Below are positions 9,698 through 19,533 of a stretch of 43,363 nt of DNA, in pieces (positions within the stretch are counted from its first letter, which is position 1; each line of letters opens with the position of its first letter). The position numbers and the translations under genes were made by a program. Source of the DNA: Eubacterium sp. Its GTDB lineage: Bacteria > Bacillota > Clostridia > Lachnospirales > Lachnospiraceae. The notes beneath the pieces are model-generated. The model saw only the letters and a program-made list of their open reading frames with translations, did no database searches and had not been told where the DNA came from. The stretch lies in contig JAGBOK010000031.1 of assembly GCA_017633905.1 (NCBI GenBank), forward strand, positions 1 through 43,363, in the 5' to 3' direction.

Positions 9698-10660
9698 ATG
9701 GAGAAAAAGCAAATAAAAATCAGTGTTATTATTCCGGTTTACAACATGAGCGCATACATCGAAGAGGCGATCCGCAGTATCCTGTCGCAGACCCTGACTG
9801 ATACGGAGGTCGTCTGCATGGATGACTGCAGTACGGATGATACGGCGGATATTATTACAAGACTTGCCAAAGAGCATGATAATGTAAAATACTATAAGAT
9901 GAAAGAAAACGGGGGCGTTGGCAGAGCGCGTGCGGCCGCTATGGAGCATGCGTGCGGCGAATACCTCTTTTTTTTGGATGCGGATGACAAGCTTCCTGAT
10001 TCGGATGTATTTGAGGTTTTGTACCGCGAGGCGACAGAAGGAGACTGTGACGTATGCGGAGGGTTGGTTTACAATTTTTCCGAGACTGAGATTGATAACT
10101 ACACGAGATTTCGGGAGATGTTTAAGGACTCCGCACAAAATGCCGCTATCGATTTAAATTATGAGGATATCCAGGACGATTATTTTTTCCAGGGCTTCAT
10201 CTACAGACGCTCATTTCTCGAAGAGCATGACATTACATTCCCTGATTTGAGGGCATTTGAGGATCCGGTATTTTTGGTAAAGGCTCTCTACCATGCCAAC
10301 AGGATCAGGGCAGTCAACAGGGAGGTCTATGCGCACCGTTTTGATCACAAGGGGAGACAGCCTTCCATAGAAGCGATGAGGTGCTTTTTCAAAGGTATTA
10401 TTATGAACCTTGATTTTGCGGAGGAAAAGGGGCTGAAAGCTCTCTATGAAAAAACACTGAACAGGATCAACAGGGATTTTTTATATCTGGTAATTCCGGT
10501 CATGTTCGGTCGTGACGAGGAGGCGGTCGCTCTTATATATCATATAGGAAATATGGTCGAAAAAAAAGGATATTCTTATGCACCGTTTGAGTTTCTTTCC
10601 TATCTTGCAGGTAAAAAGGAACTGATCGCGGAATTTTTCAGAAAGAAAGGCATCATATGA
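9698..10660 (+). CDS. Glycosyltransferase family 2
   Basis: ISVIIPVYN, DDCSTD, YLFFLDADD, FEDPVF. Confidence 0.92.
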   Translation: MEKKQIKISVIIPVYNMSAYIEEAIRSILSQTLTDTEVVCMDDCSTDDTADIITRLAKEHDNVKYYKMKENGGVGRARAAAMEHACGEYLFFLDADDKLPDSDVFEVLYREATEGDCDVCGGLVYNFSETEIDNYTRFREMFKDSAQNAAIDLNYEDIQDDYFFQGFIYRRSFLEEHDITFPDLRAFEDPVFLVKALYHANRIRAVNREVYAHRFDHKGRQPSIEAMRCFFKGIIMNLDFAEEKGLKALYEKTLNRINRDFLYLVIPVMFGRDEEAVALIYHIGNMVEKKGYSYAPFEFLSYLAGKKELIAEFFRKKGII

Positions 10661-12003
10661 AAGTAGTTATTTACAGCTCTCTTTCAGCCGAGGGCTTTCT
10701 TAGCTTTGTTTCAAGTTATACATCCAAGCCGTCTCTGTCGGATCAGTGGCAGGGGATCAGGAAGCGTTATCCTGAGGTCACATTTGGTATTGTTGCATCC
10801 GAAGGCGGTGCGGCACAGCTGTTTGATTTTGATGAGAACAAAAAAGAGATCATCCCCGAGGGGATAGACACTGTACTTCTTCCCATGGAGGCAGATGCGG
10901 ATGAGTTTGTAGCGGCGATTGTCGGTGAAGCACCCGACCTTGTCATAGCTGCGACTTACTTTGGCGGGCCGATGGACTGGGATGCTCTCAAGGATGCTAT
11001 CATAGCGGACGATCTTGAGAAAAAAGGGATACGCACGATCGCACACAGTATGTTCGCTGCAACTACATTTTTTGATAAATGGAATACACATCAGGTGATG
11101 ATGGAGAAGGGTTTCCCGGTCGCAAAGGCTGTCCATATTCCGTCTATCTATCTGACAATGGCAAAGGATCATCCGGATATAAGATCCAACGTATATCTTG
11201 AATTGATCCTTCATCAGATCAGACAGATGAGCTTCCCGCTGATCATCAAAGCATCTGCCGGCTCCGGGTCACAGGGAATCTCTATCGTAGAGGATTATGA
11301 TACAGCCAAAAGGGATATCCTCTCACGAAGCGAACCTGTTGATGTGATTGTGGAGGAGATGATCCCGGGTGAGCAGTTCGGCGTAGAGATCCACGGAGAT
11401 CCCGGCAACTATACGATCCTGCCGCCGTTCAAGTGCGCCGTGAATGAGCAGGGGATCACTGATCCCCTGCACTATATGAAGATAGGACCCATCACTGATG
11501 AGAAATACAGGATAGAAGAACTCAGGAGTATGCTGAGACGTCTGGCAACAGAGATGGGACTGGCAGTCAGCGCCAATGCGGATCTTGCTTTTTCTGATGG
11601 TAAATGGTACATCATCGAGGTAAATCCCCGTATATCCGGTATGTCTGTCACGGCAGCCGCATGTGAGGGCAGGACTCCGCTTGAAGTCATCATCGAGTCC
11701 GGGCTTGAGAGAAGGATCAATTACAACTACCCCTCTATCCTTGAGAAATGTTTAAACTTCCGGACTATGGCTCCGAGTGAGGAGCTTGCCGGTTTCGGGG
11801 AAGAGTCCGTCGTTGTATATATGGAAATAAGCAAAGTACCATCGGAGTACAATCCCGGAAATGTCGATATTTCCATGGCAAATATCGTGTTGTCCGGTTT
11901 TGCTGATTTCTCTGAGATGGCGGATAAGGTCAGAGCTCTTCATGAAAAATATCCGCATGTAGTTACTGATAAAATGATCGCTTTAGTAGAGCAGAACCTA
12001 TGA
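10657..12003 (+). CDS. ATP-grasp domain protein (putative carboxylate-amine ligase)
   Basis: DKWNT, FPLIIKASAGSGSQGI, VEEMIPG, IIEVNPRISG; ATGA overlap with the upstream GT2. Confidence 0.88.
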   Translation: MKVVIYSSLSAEGFLSFVSSYTSKPSLSDQWQGIRKRYPEVTFGIVASEGGAAQLFDFDENKKEIIPEGIDTVLLPMEADADEFVAAIVGEAPDLVIAATYFGGPMDWDALKDAIIADDLEKKGIRTIAHSMFAATTFFDKWNTHQVMMEKGFPVAKAVHIPSIYLTMAKDHPDIRSNVYLELILHQIRQMSFPLIIKASAGSGSQGISIVEDYDTAKRDILSRSEPVDVIVEEMIPGEQFGVEIHGDPGNYTILPPFKCAVNEQGITDPLHYMKIGPITDEKYRIEELRSMLRRLATEMGLAVSANADLAFSDGKWYIIEVNPRISGMSVTAAACEGRTPLEVIIESGLERRINYNYPSILEKCLNFRTMAPSEELAGFGEESVVVYMEISKVPSEYNPGNVDISMANIVLSGFADFSEMADKVRALHEKYPHVVTDKMIALVEQNL

Positions 12004-12019
12004 GAGGAGGAGTTGATAC

Positions 12020-12961
12020 ATGAGCTATTTCAGTATACTGATTCCGGTATACAATCAGGTCGGGAAGATGGATCGCTGTATCGAATCCGTCAAAGCCCAG
12101 ACCTTTACGGACTTTGAGGTCATCATGGTGGATGACGGCTCGACGGATGGTTCCTATGAGATGCTGCGTGAGTTTGAAGCATCGGATGATAGGTTTCATG
12201 CCGTTCGATATGAGGAGAACGGGTCCCTTATCAAAGCGAGATATACCGGTATGGAACGGGCATCCGGCGAGGTCGTTTTGTTTTTGGACAGCGATGATTA
12301 TTTGCTTGACGTGGCGCTTGAAAGGATCCATGACAGATTTGAGGAGACTGATCCGGATATAGTATGCTTCGGTTTTGTGACTGAGCCCGATGGTGAGAAG
12401 GTTGCCCCCGTGCATATAGATGATATCATAGAGGCGATCCACAAAAAAACCATCTATCCGACGATCTGGAAAAACGCGTACAAGAGAACAGTTACAGACA
12501 GGCTCGTTGAGACGACAAAGCCCTTTTATTGCAATATGGGCGAGGATGTTTATTTTTCTCATGTTCTGTTTACCTTTGGAAAAAAAATAGACTATGTCGA
12601 TGATATTTTGTATTACTATCAGAGAGACACAGGTATGAGTTCTCCGACCGGTGTGCCGGAATTCAATCCCTCCAGATTCAGAAAATACATCACTGATGCA
12701 ACACAGGCAGCGACCCATACCGTTGATTTTATAGAAAAATACAATCCCGAAAAATCAGAGACTACCAAAAAAGCGGTATCAAATATGAGCAAGTTTGTTC
12801 TGATGCAGCATTTTATGTTTGAAAAAGATTACCGTATCATCGTTCAGTATATTATGGAACTAAAAAATATGGGTTGTGAGGAGCTTTTTGATTATGCCTG
12901 CAATATATCACTAAAAAGAAAAGTATATTTTGACAGCATGAATGAGCTCGAGGATCAATAG
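12020..12961 (+). CDS. Glycosyltransferase family 2
   Basis: FSILIPVYN, VDDGSTD, LFLDSDD, GEDVYF. Confidence 0.92.
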   Translation: MSYFSILIPVYNQVGKMDRCIESVKAQTFTDFEVIMVDDGSTDGSYEMLREFEASDDRFHAVRYEENGSLIKARYTGMERASGEVVLFLDSDDYLLDVALERIHDRFEETDPDIVCFGFVTEPDGEKVAPVHIDDIIEAIHKKTIYPTIWKNAYKRTVTDRLVETTKPFYCNMGEDVYFSHVLFTFGKKIDYVDDILYYYQRDTGMSSPTGVPEFNPSRFRKYITDATQAATHTVDFIEKYNPEKSETTKKAVSNMSKFVLMQHFMFEKDYRIIVQYIMELKNMGCEELFDYACNISLKRKVYFDSMNELEDQ

Positions 12962-13035
12962 TTACGATATATGCATACAGGTATGCAGTATCAGAATTTA
13001 TGCACCTGTATGAGCAATAACAAAAGGAGGTTATC

Positions 13036-13998
13036 ATGGCAAATCCGAAATTTAGTTTTTTGATCCCTGTTTACAATCAGAAAGGCAAGATGGACAAATG
13101 TATCGAGTCCGTCAAAGCCCAGACCTATACGGATTTTGAGGTCGTACTGGTAAATGACGGTTCTACGGATGGATCCGGTGAGATGTTAGAGGAAATGGCA
13201 AAGGAGGACGAGAGGTTCAAAGTATTTACACACGAGACCAACTTATCTCTTTTGAGGGCAAGATTTACGGGGATGAAAAATGCCACGGGAGACTATCTTG
13301 TTTTTCTTGACAGTGATGATTTTGTAGACCCTGATCTGCTCCGCGCACTTGATGAGCTGATCGAGGCAGAGCATCCGGATGTCATCAAATACGGCAGAGT
13401 GATCGAGCCCTTTGGGCTGCCCAAGCTCCCCGATCATTTTGATGATCCTCTTAGGACATTTTTGGAGGGAAATACCGACCCCCGTATAGTTGAGACCTGC
13501 GTATCGGCAGAGATAGCCAAAAAGGCAGTGGAGTGTGCTGATCCGCCGTATGTGAACAATGCGGAGGACACATATATGACCGGAACGCTTTACACCTTTG
13601 CGAAGAAATTCGCGTATCTTGACAAGCCGTATTATCATTATCAGATATTCGGTGGCATGTCAAGGACGGATGAATCACTTGATATGGAAAAATTAAAACG
13701 TGTCAGACAAAGCCTTGACAACTGTTCGGTAAAGCTTTTGGAGTTTTATGAGAAATACAACCCTGAGCTTGCGCATCTGTGCGCCAGGGCATCAGCAAAC
13801 ACCTACAAATATGAGACACTGCATTTTGTATTAAACGCAAAGGATGAGTGTACGGCAATAGACTTTATAAACGCGCTGAGGGATGACAGATACCCTGATG
13901 TGTTTGAGGTCGCCTGCAAGCAGATCCTGCCGGAGTTTTTCAGGAGGCGGCTGATCGTTGGCTATACACCTGACAGACCGAGGTTTTATTTCTTTTAA
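13036..13998 (+). CDS. Glycosyltransferase family 2 (tandem paralogue of 12020-12961)
   Basis: FSFLIPVYNQ, VNDGSTD, VFLDSDD, AEDTYM; N-terminus nearly identical to the previous gene. Confidence 0.92.
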   Translation: MANPKFSFLIPVYNQKGKMDKCIESVKAQTYTDFEVVLVNDGSTDGSGEMLEEMAKEDERFKVFTHETNLSLLRARFTGMKNATGDYLVFLDSDDFVDPDLLRALDELIEAEHPDVIKYGRVIEPFGLPKLPDHFDDPLRTFLEGNTDPRIVETCVSAEIAKKAVECADPPYVNNAEDTYMTGTLYTFAKKFAYLDKPYYHYQIFGGMSRTDESLDMEKLKRVRQSLDNCSVKLLEFYEKYNPELAHLCARASANTYKYETLHFVLNAKDECTAIDFINALRDDRYPDVFEVACKQILPEFFRRRLIVGYTPDRPRFYFF

Positions 13999-14009
13999 GG
14001 GAGGGTTTT

Positions 14010-16595
14010 ATGAGCAATAAAAAATACGAAGTATCAGTCATCATACCGAGTCACAATACCGACCCGAAGTTTTTTAAGCACTGTATAGACTCCGTAAAAG
14101 CGCAAACCTGCGGCTTTGAAAATATCGAACTGATCGTGGTTTTCCACAACTGTGATGAGGCGAGGGAGAAAGAGCTCAGGGCGATCGTGGGAGATCATGA
14201 GAATGTAAAAATGCACACCCTGAAAAACGATATCCATTCTCCTTCCAGTCCGAGAAATCAGGGACTTGATATGGCTACGGGAGATTATATAGGTTTCCTT
14301 GATGCTGATGACAAGTACACGCCGGAGTGTCTGTCATCAGCGCTTCGCTATATAAAAGAGACCGATTCGGACATTCTTCATTTTAGAAGGATGGTAGAGC
14401 TTGAAAAACCGGTCGATATCGTTATGAACGAGATCGTTCTCTGGGATCAGACCAGAGAAACCATCGTGATCGATTTGGAAAACGATGATTGGGATCCTGA
14501 TGAGTATTATGTTGCGCAGTGGAGCATGACTACTCACAAGCTGTACAGAAGGGCGTTTATAGAGGAAAATCATATTCGTTTTTCAACGGATATTGTTATA
14601 GCGGAGGATTCGGAGTTTAGCGCACAGGTATACGGAAAAGCCAAAAGACTCTGCCTTGCGCCGCAGCTTATAGGCTATGTTTATTATATAAACACACAGT
14701 CGATCGTGCAGTCGCCCAAGATAGACGCGGATGAGCTTGTCGAGTATGCCAACAGCTTCAAACTGCTTTTTGATTCTCTCGAGAAAAACGGTATAGATCC
14801 GAGTGAATCCGTGGCAGGTCTTACGCTTCTTTTGGCAGGCTATGTGTTCAAGCTGAGGGATTCCATGACACCGGAGGCGAGGAAGCAGATCAAGGATACG
14901 CTCGAACCGTATATCAGAAAGAAAAAACAGATTCCTCCTTCCAAGATCTATCCGCCGGGAAGGATCGAGCGTATGAATACCCTGCCGCAGCTTTTGCTGC
15001 TCGGCGAACCTGCCCATGAGAAACACTTTTTCATCATGGATGATCAAAATATCCCTGATACCTTTGCCGCAAAACAGGGACAGACTCTCCAAAAGATCAT
15101 AGAGGAGAGCGGCAATACAGACTTTGGCAAAAGATACGGGTTCGGTTCGATAAGCTCTGTTGAGGACTACAGAGACGCCATGCCCATTACCGATTATGAC
15201 GTGTACCATCCGATGATCGAGCTGACATCCAAAATCGGAGAGACAGGTATTTTTACATGTAAACCCATCACCTCACATGTGCTTTCCTATGGCAATATAG
15301 GCGTCAGAAAGGAGCTGCCGGTCACGGCTGGAGCGATGGAGCGTTATGTAGATATTATTGACGGGCTGATCGGGACCGACAGATTTTTCCCGATGTTTGA
15401 GAGTCTGCCGTATGAGCCCTCCGTACACAGCTTTGTCAATGTTTATACGAACACGCTTTTCCCGCTGATCTATAATACCTATGCGGGAAGAATGCTGCAA
15501 AAACGTGAGAACAGACCATCGATGGTAACTCCTTCGGAGATCATGTTCCCTACCGAGCTGCACAGCTTTGAATATGTGAGACTTGTGTTTGCGCTTGCTG
15601 ATAAGTCCGTCGAAACCATACTTGCTCCGAATGCATGGGTGCTGTATTCAGGCATCAGGCGTATCATCAGAGACTACAAGATGATCTGTGCGGACATACG
15701 GGAAGGGAACTTAAGCAATATCGGGGATATCTCAGAGGAGCTTCTTGGCAAGATAAGCTGGAGACTGAGTTCTTCACCGGATCGTGCGGATGAACTGTTA
15801 AAGCTGTTTGAACAGGGGGATTTTTCTCTCAAGAAGATCTGGCCGAGGCTTCATCTGATCATAGCGGATGGAACCGGAAGCTATACTGTTTATAAGAAAA
15901 AAGCCGGAAAGTATATAGATGGGATTTCCTACACAAACGGCATTCTTGCTGACGAAGTCTGCATGTATGGAGAGGCTCTTCCGGACGAGGATCAGTTCAG
16001 GCTTGATCCTTCATCGGCGTATTATGAGTTTATGGATGAGGACGGAACCATCAGACTCTCCTTTGAACTGAAAGAGCAGCAGAAATACCGCCTGATAGTA
16101 ACGACTGAAAACGGGCTTTTCCGTTACAAATCCGATATGTTTGTAAGACCGGTGAAGATCGCGGAGGATGAGATCATCGTGGAGAAATGCTGCCCCGTTA
16201 ATTATGATCTCGATGCGTTGAATGGAATATTTGAAGAGGATGTGTATGGCGCTATCGTAAGTCTTGAAGAAAAATACGGTATTTCTTTCTCAGATTTCAG
16301 TCTTATCAAGGATGTGACGGAGGATGAGCTGCTTCTCATCATAGAGTCCGAGAGCGAAGAGAATTATCAGAAGGCACTTTCTCTTGATATGGATGATGTG
16401 AGAGATTTCATATGGGGTATCCTAAAGGAAAAAGCATCTCGTCAGGACGAGAGCTTCAGAGTGTACTTTTGTGAACCCGAGACAGGATTTATGTGCAGGG
16501 ATCAGGATATGTATCGTATGGGTATTTTGCCGGATTCGGTTTATCCGGTACATATGAGTGAGACCTACTCATCCAGGAAAAAACTGCAGAATTGA
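14010..16595 (+). CDS. Glycosyltransferase family 2 fused to a GH3-like domain, copy 2
   Basis: VSVIIPSHN, SPSSPRNQG, YIGFLDADD, AEDSEF; GH3 signatures NTDFGKRYGFGSISSVEDYRDAMPITDYDVY, PDRADEL, YYEFM, VTTENGLFRYK. Confidence 0.85.
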   Translation: MSNKKYEVSVIIPSHNTDPKFFKHCIDSVKAQTCGFENIELIVVFHNCDEAREKELRAIVGDHENVKMHTLKNDIHSPSSPRNQGLDMATGDYIGFLDADDKYTPECLSSALRYIKETDSDILHFRRMVELEKPVDIVMNEIVLWDQTRETIVIDLENDDWDPDEYYVAQWSMTTHKLYRRAFIEENHIRFSTDIVIAEDSEFSAQVYGKAKRLCLAPQLIGYVYYINTQSIVQSPKIDADELVEYANSFKLLFDSLEKNGIDPSESVAGLTLLLAGYVFKLRDSMTPEARKQIKDTLEPYIRKKKQIPPSKIYPPGRIERMNTLPQLLLLGEPAHEKHFFIMDDQNIPDTFAAKQGQTLQKIIEESGNTDFGKRYGFGSISSVEDYRDAMPITDYDVYHPMIELTSKIGETGIFTCKPITSHVLSYGNIGVRKELPVTAGAMERYVDIIDGLIGTDRFFPMFESLPYEPSVHSFVNVYTNTLFPLIYNTYAGRMLQKRENRPSMVTPSEIMFPTELHSFEYVRLVFALADKSVETILAPNAWVLYSGIRRIIRDYKMICADIREGNLSNIGDISEELLGKISWRLSSSPDRADELLKLFEQGDFSLKKIWPRLHLIIADGTGSYTVYKKKAGKYIDGISYTNGILADEVCMYGEALPDEDQFRLDPSSAYYEFMDEDGTIRLSFELKEQQKYRLIVTTENGLFRYKSDMFVRPVKIAEDEIIVEKCCPVNYDLDALNGIFEEDVYGAIVSLEEKYGISFSDFSLIKDVTEDELLLIIESESEENYQKALSLDMDDVRDFIWGILKEKASRQDESFRVYFCEPETGFMCRDQDMYRMGILPDSVYPVHMSETYSSRKKLQN

Positions 16596-16639
16596 CGAAT
16601 GTCATATGAGGCGGTGTATGTGTACCGGTAGTTGAGAAC

Positions 16640-17944
16640 ATGGAGAAAATATCGGAGGATGAGATGTTGAGACTCGGTGTTTCAAGTGAGTATTTTTATC
16701 AGAGGAATTCAGATGGCAGGGGATTTAATATTCTTATCAGTATGATGTTCAGGGAGCAGCCGGATATAGCAAAAATGCGTCTTGCGGCGACCAAAGCCAC
16801 ACGTCTTTATCCTGAACTGTGCTTCAGACCTGCCATAAGAGACGGGAAGGTCATACCGGTTCCAAATGAAAATGAGGTGTGCTTTTTTGAGTCGGCAGAC
16901 AGAGGACGCTGCTATGGAACTGCGGAGACGGGCGGTTATCTTTTTTATTTTACTTATTCTGAGAGAGAGCTTGTCCTGCATATGTTTCATGGAACGACAG
17001 ATGTAAAAGGAGCGCTTTTCTTTCTTCGCACCATGTTTTATTACTATTATGAACCGCAGGATATACCCGCAGATGATCCGTTTTTTAGCAGCTGCCGCAC
17101 GGATATCAGAGAGCTGTCAGATCCTGATGATGAGGATATGTATGATCCGTATCGCAAATATGCTGATATGTCCCTGGAGCCGCCCGTGATGACAACTGAG
17201 CGCGCGTTTCAGATACCGGAGGATATACCGGAGTCATTTTCTGATTGCGCCCACGGATACCATATCACATTCAAGGCTTCGGATTATCTGAAGAAAACAA
17301 AAGAGTACGGAGCCTCCTTTGCAACGCTTGTGCATCTCATTGTCTGTGACGGGGCGGATAATGCTTATGATATGAAGGATGAGACATTTATAGGGATGCT
17401 TCCTGCGGATATGAGAGGATATTTCGGATTAAAGACCCTGGTCAATTGTTCCGATTCGATCATGCTCTCACAGACAGCGGATGACAGAAAAAAGGATGTC
17501 ATGACAAGGTGTCATGCGATCAAAAGTCAGATGAAAAGCCGGTTAAACAGAGAATATTTCTCGGCACTGATGGCAGCCAAGGTTAGAAATGTGGAGAGCT
17601 TCAGTCCGCCCGTGCCCGGAGCAGAGGATGCGAAGACACCATCAAGGATTGTTACTCCGTTTACCGTAGGAATCTCTGTATCAGGAAGGGCAGAGATAGG
17701 GGGCGGCATGGACGAGAAGCTTGAAAACATCTATGTTACGGGTACGAGCCGTGTCCCGATAGTGAGTATGGCTTCACACGAGGATATAGTGACATTATGT
17801 CTTATGATGAAAAATGACAATCCGGATCTGCCTCATGCGGTTTCAGATGTATTTAAGTTCCATGATATCGACTGTGAGTTCATTGATGATGGAATAATAT
17901 ATATGGATCAGATATATTTGGACAGGCTCGACAGACTGTCCTAA
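16640..17944 (+). CDS. CoA-dependent acyltransferase superfamily protein (alcohol acetyltransferase / standalone condensation-like)
   Basis: HxxxD catalytic motif FHGTTDVKG at about residue 117; PADMRGYFG..TLVN second-lobe motif; size about 430 aa. Confidence 0.72.
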   Translation: MEKISEDEMLRLGVSSEYFYQRNSDGRGFNILISMMFREQPDIAKMRLAATKATRLYPELCFRPAIRDGKVIPVPNENEVCFFESADRGRCYGTAETGGYLFYFTYSERELVLHMFHGTTDVKGALFFLRTMFYYYYEPQDIPADDPFFSSCRTDIRELSDPDDEDMYDPYRKYADMSLEPPVMTTERAFQIPEDIPESFSDCAHGYHITFKASDYLKKTKEYGASFATLVHLIVCDGADNAYDMKDETFIGMLPADMRGYFGLKTLVNCSDSIMLSQTADDRKKDVMTRCHAIKSQMKSRLNREYFSALMAAKVRNVESFSPPVPGAEDAKTPSRIVTPFTVGISVSGRAEIGGGMDEKLENIYVTGTSRVPIVSMASHEDIVTLCLMMKNDNPDLPHAVSDVFKFHDIDCEFIDDGIIYMDQIYLDRLDRLS

Positions 17945-18006
17945 AGCCCGGATGCGTGATTTTTGTTTTTCATAATACCTGATGGGAGACCGTCAAAGGG
18001 AGGAGA

Positions 18007-19533
18007 ATGAATATGGAGCTTCGATATACGGCACCGGTCGAGACGACCGGCGGAAGTGTGAGAGGATATTATGAAGAAGGGGATATAATGGTTTTCAAGG
18101 GTATCCCCTATGGAGAGTCCACAGCCGGAGAGGGGCGGTTTAGGGCGCCCCGTCCCTATGAGAAAAGAGACGGTGTGAGGGACTGTGTAGAATTTGCTCC
18201 GTGCTGCTATCAGAACAAGATCGATGAGCTGTCCGCGAGGATCTGGACAAAGGAGTTTATTATTCAGAGCAGGGATTATTCGGAGGACTGTCTGAATCTG
18301 AATCTGTGGACAAAAGAGGGCGGCAGCAGGATGCCGGTTATTGTATATTTTTACGGAGGAGGCTTTGTCTCCGGAGGGTCATCCTGTGAGATATATGACG
18401 GTGTTCCTTTTGTGAAAAAGGGAGTTATTTATATCACCTTTAACAAGCGCGAGAATGTGTTCGGATGGCTTTCCTGCAAAGAGCTTGATGAAGAATCAGA
18501 GAACGGATGCTCCGGAAACTATGCGTTGATGGACGATGAGCTTGCTCTTGAGTGGATCAGGGACAATATCGAAGCGTTCGGCGGAGATCCGGAGAATGTT
18601 ACCATATGGGGGCAGAGCTCGGGAGCCGTTCAGGTCAATCTCCTGTCTGTGAGCAGGAAGGCAGCGCCGCTGTACAAAAATGTTGTGTCCATGGGGCTCA
18701 ACTCATTTCCGGAGAGGAATACGGTAGCCTGTTCTACAAGAAAGGAAGCTGATGAGAACGCGGGGAAGCTTTTGGATGAGTACGGTCACTCCGTGGAAAG
18801 ACTGCGGGAGGTTCCGCCTGAGACATTTTTAGATCACACCTATATCAAGGGACCCGTGAACGATGGAGTGTATGTCTGTGACTCCTTTAGGAACGAGGTC
18901 ACAAAAGGCGCCAATCCTGACAAAACCATGATGATGGGGATGGTCGGCAGGGATTTTACTTCGGTTCCCATGTTTATGGTGCTCAGATCCGTTATTTCAG
19001 AAAGTGACAAAAAAGAAGCGCTGGTACAGGCGGTAAATGCGTTTTATCCCGGAGGCGGAGAAAAAATCATCGATGAGTACGGGGTAGACCCGGGCGGATC
19101 TGCAGAGGACAAGATGAAAGAAATATTCAGACTCTGCTATGATGCCATGATCTATGAACTGCTTGAATTTGCCCGCGTCAGGAACAAAACCTGCAAAGGA
19201 AAGACCTATATATATCTGTTTACACATGTGATGCCCGGACCCGAATCAGAGCTGTTTGGGTCGTTTCACTCCTGTGAAGTGCCGTACTTTACGGAGCATC
19301 TGTCTGATTACAGGGGAGAATACTGGACGGCTGCAGACCGGGATCTTGCGGTGAAGATGAATACACTGATCACCGGTTTTGCAAAAGACGGTGTACCGGG
19401 GATCGATGGTTTTGTGCCATCGGACGGAACCAATCTGTTCCTGATCACGGCTGATGAACAAAAAAATGTAGTATATGAAAAAGAAACTCTGGATCGGTGG
19501 AATGCTCTCTTTGGAGGAAAGGACAATATATGA
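18007..19533 (+). CDS. Type B carboxylesterase (alpha/beta hydrolase), cytoplasmic
   Basis: FKGIPY, SEDCLNLNLW, oxyanion YGGGF, FGGDPENVTIWGQSSG nucleophile elbow, FHSCEV; no signal peptide. Confidence 0.93.
   Translation: MNMELRYTAPVETTGGSVRGYYEEGDIMVFKGIPYGESTAGEGRFRAPRPYEKRDGVRDCVEFAPCCYQNKIDELSARIWTKEFIIQSRDYSEDCLNLNLWTKEGGSRMPVIVYFYGGGFVSGGSSCEIYDGVPFVKKGVIYITFNKRENVFGWLSCKELDEESENGCSGNYALMDDELALEWIRDNIEAFGGDPENVTIWGQSSGAVQVNLLSVSRKAAPLYKNVVSMGLNSFPERNTVACSTRKEADENAGKLLDEYGHSVERLREVPPETFLDHTYIKGPVNDGVYVCDSFRNEVTKGANPDKTMMMGMVGRDFTSVPMFMVLRSVISESDKKEALVQAVNAFYPGGGEKIIDEYGVDPGGSAEDKMKEIFRLCYDAMIYELLEFARVRNKTCKGKTYIYLFTHVMPGPESELFGSFHSCEVPYFTEHLSDYRGEYWTAADRDLAVKMNTLITGFAKDGVPGIDGFVPSDGTNLFLITADEQKNVVYEKETLDRWNALFGGKDNI

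Noticed and set aside
12961-13020. Imperfect hairpin CATACAGGT..GCA / TGCACCTGTATG between the GT2 paralogues
   Set aside because: Bulged stem, no U-tract and no second copy; too weak to call.
6623-17944. Reading the cluster as a standard EPS/capsule or NRPS locus
   Set aside because: No Wzx/Wzy/Wzz, priming transferase, sugar-nucleotide genes, carrier protein or canonical A-domain in the window.
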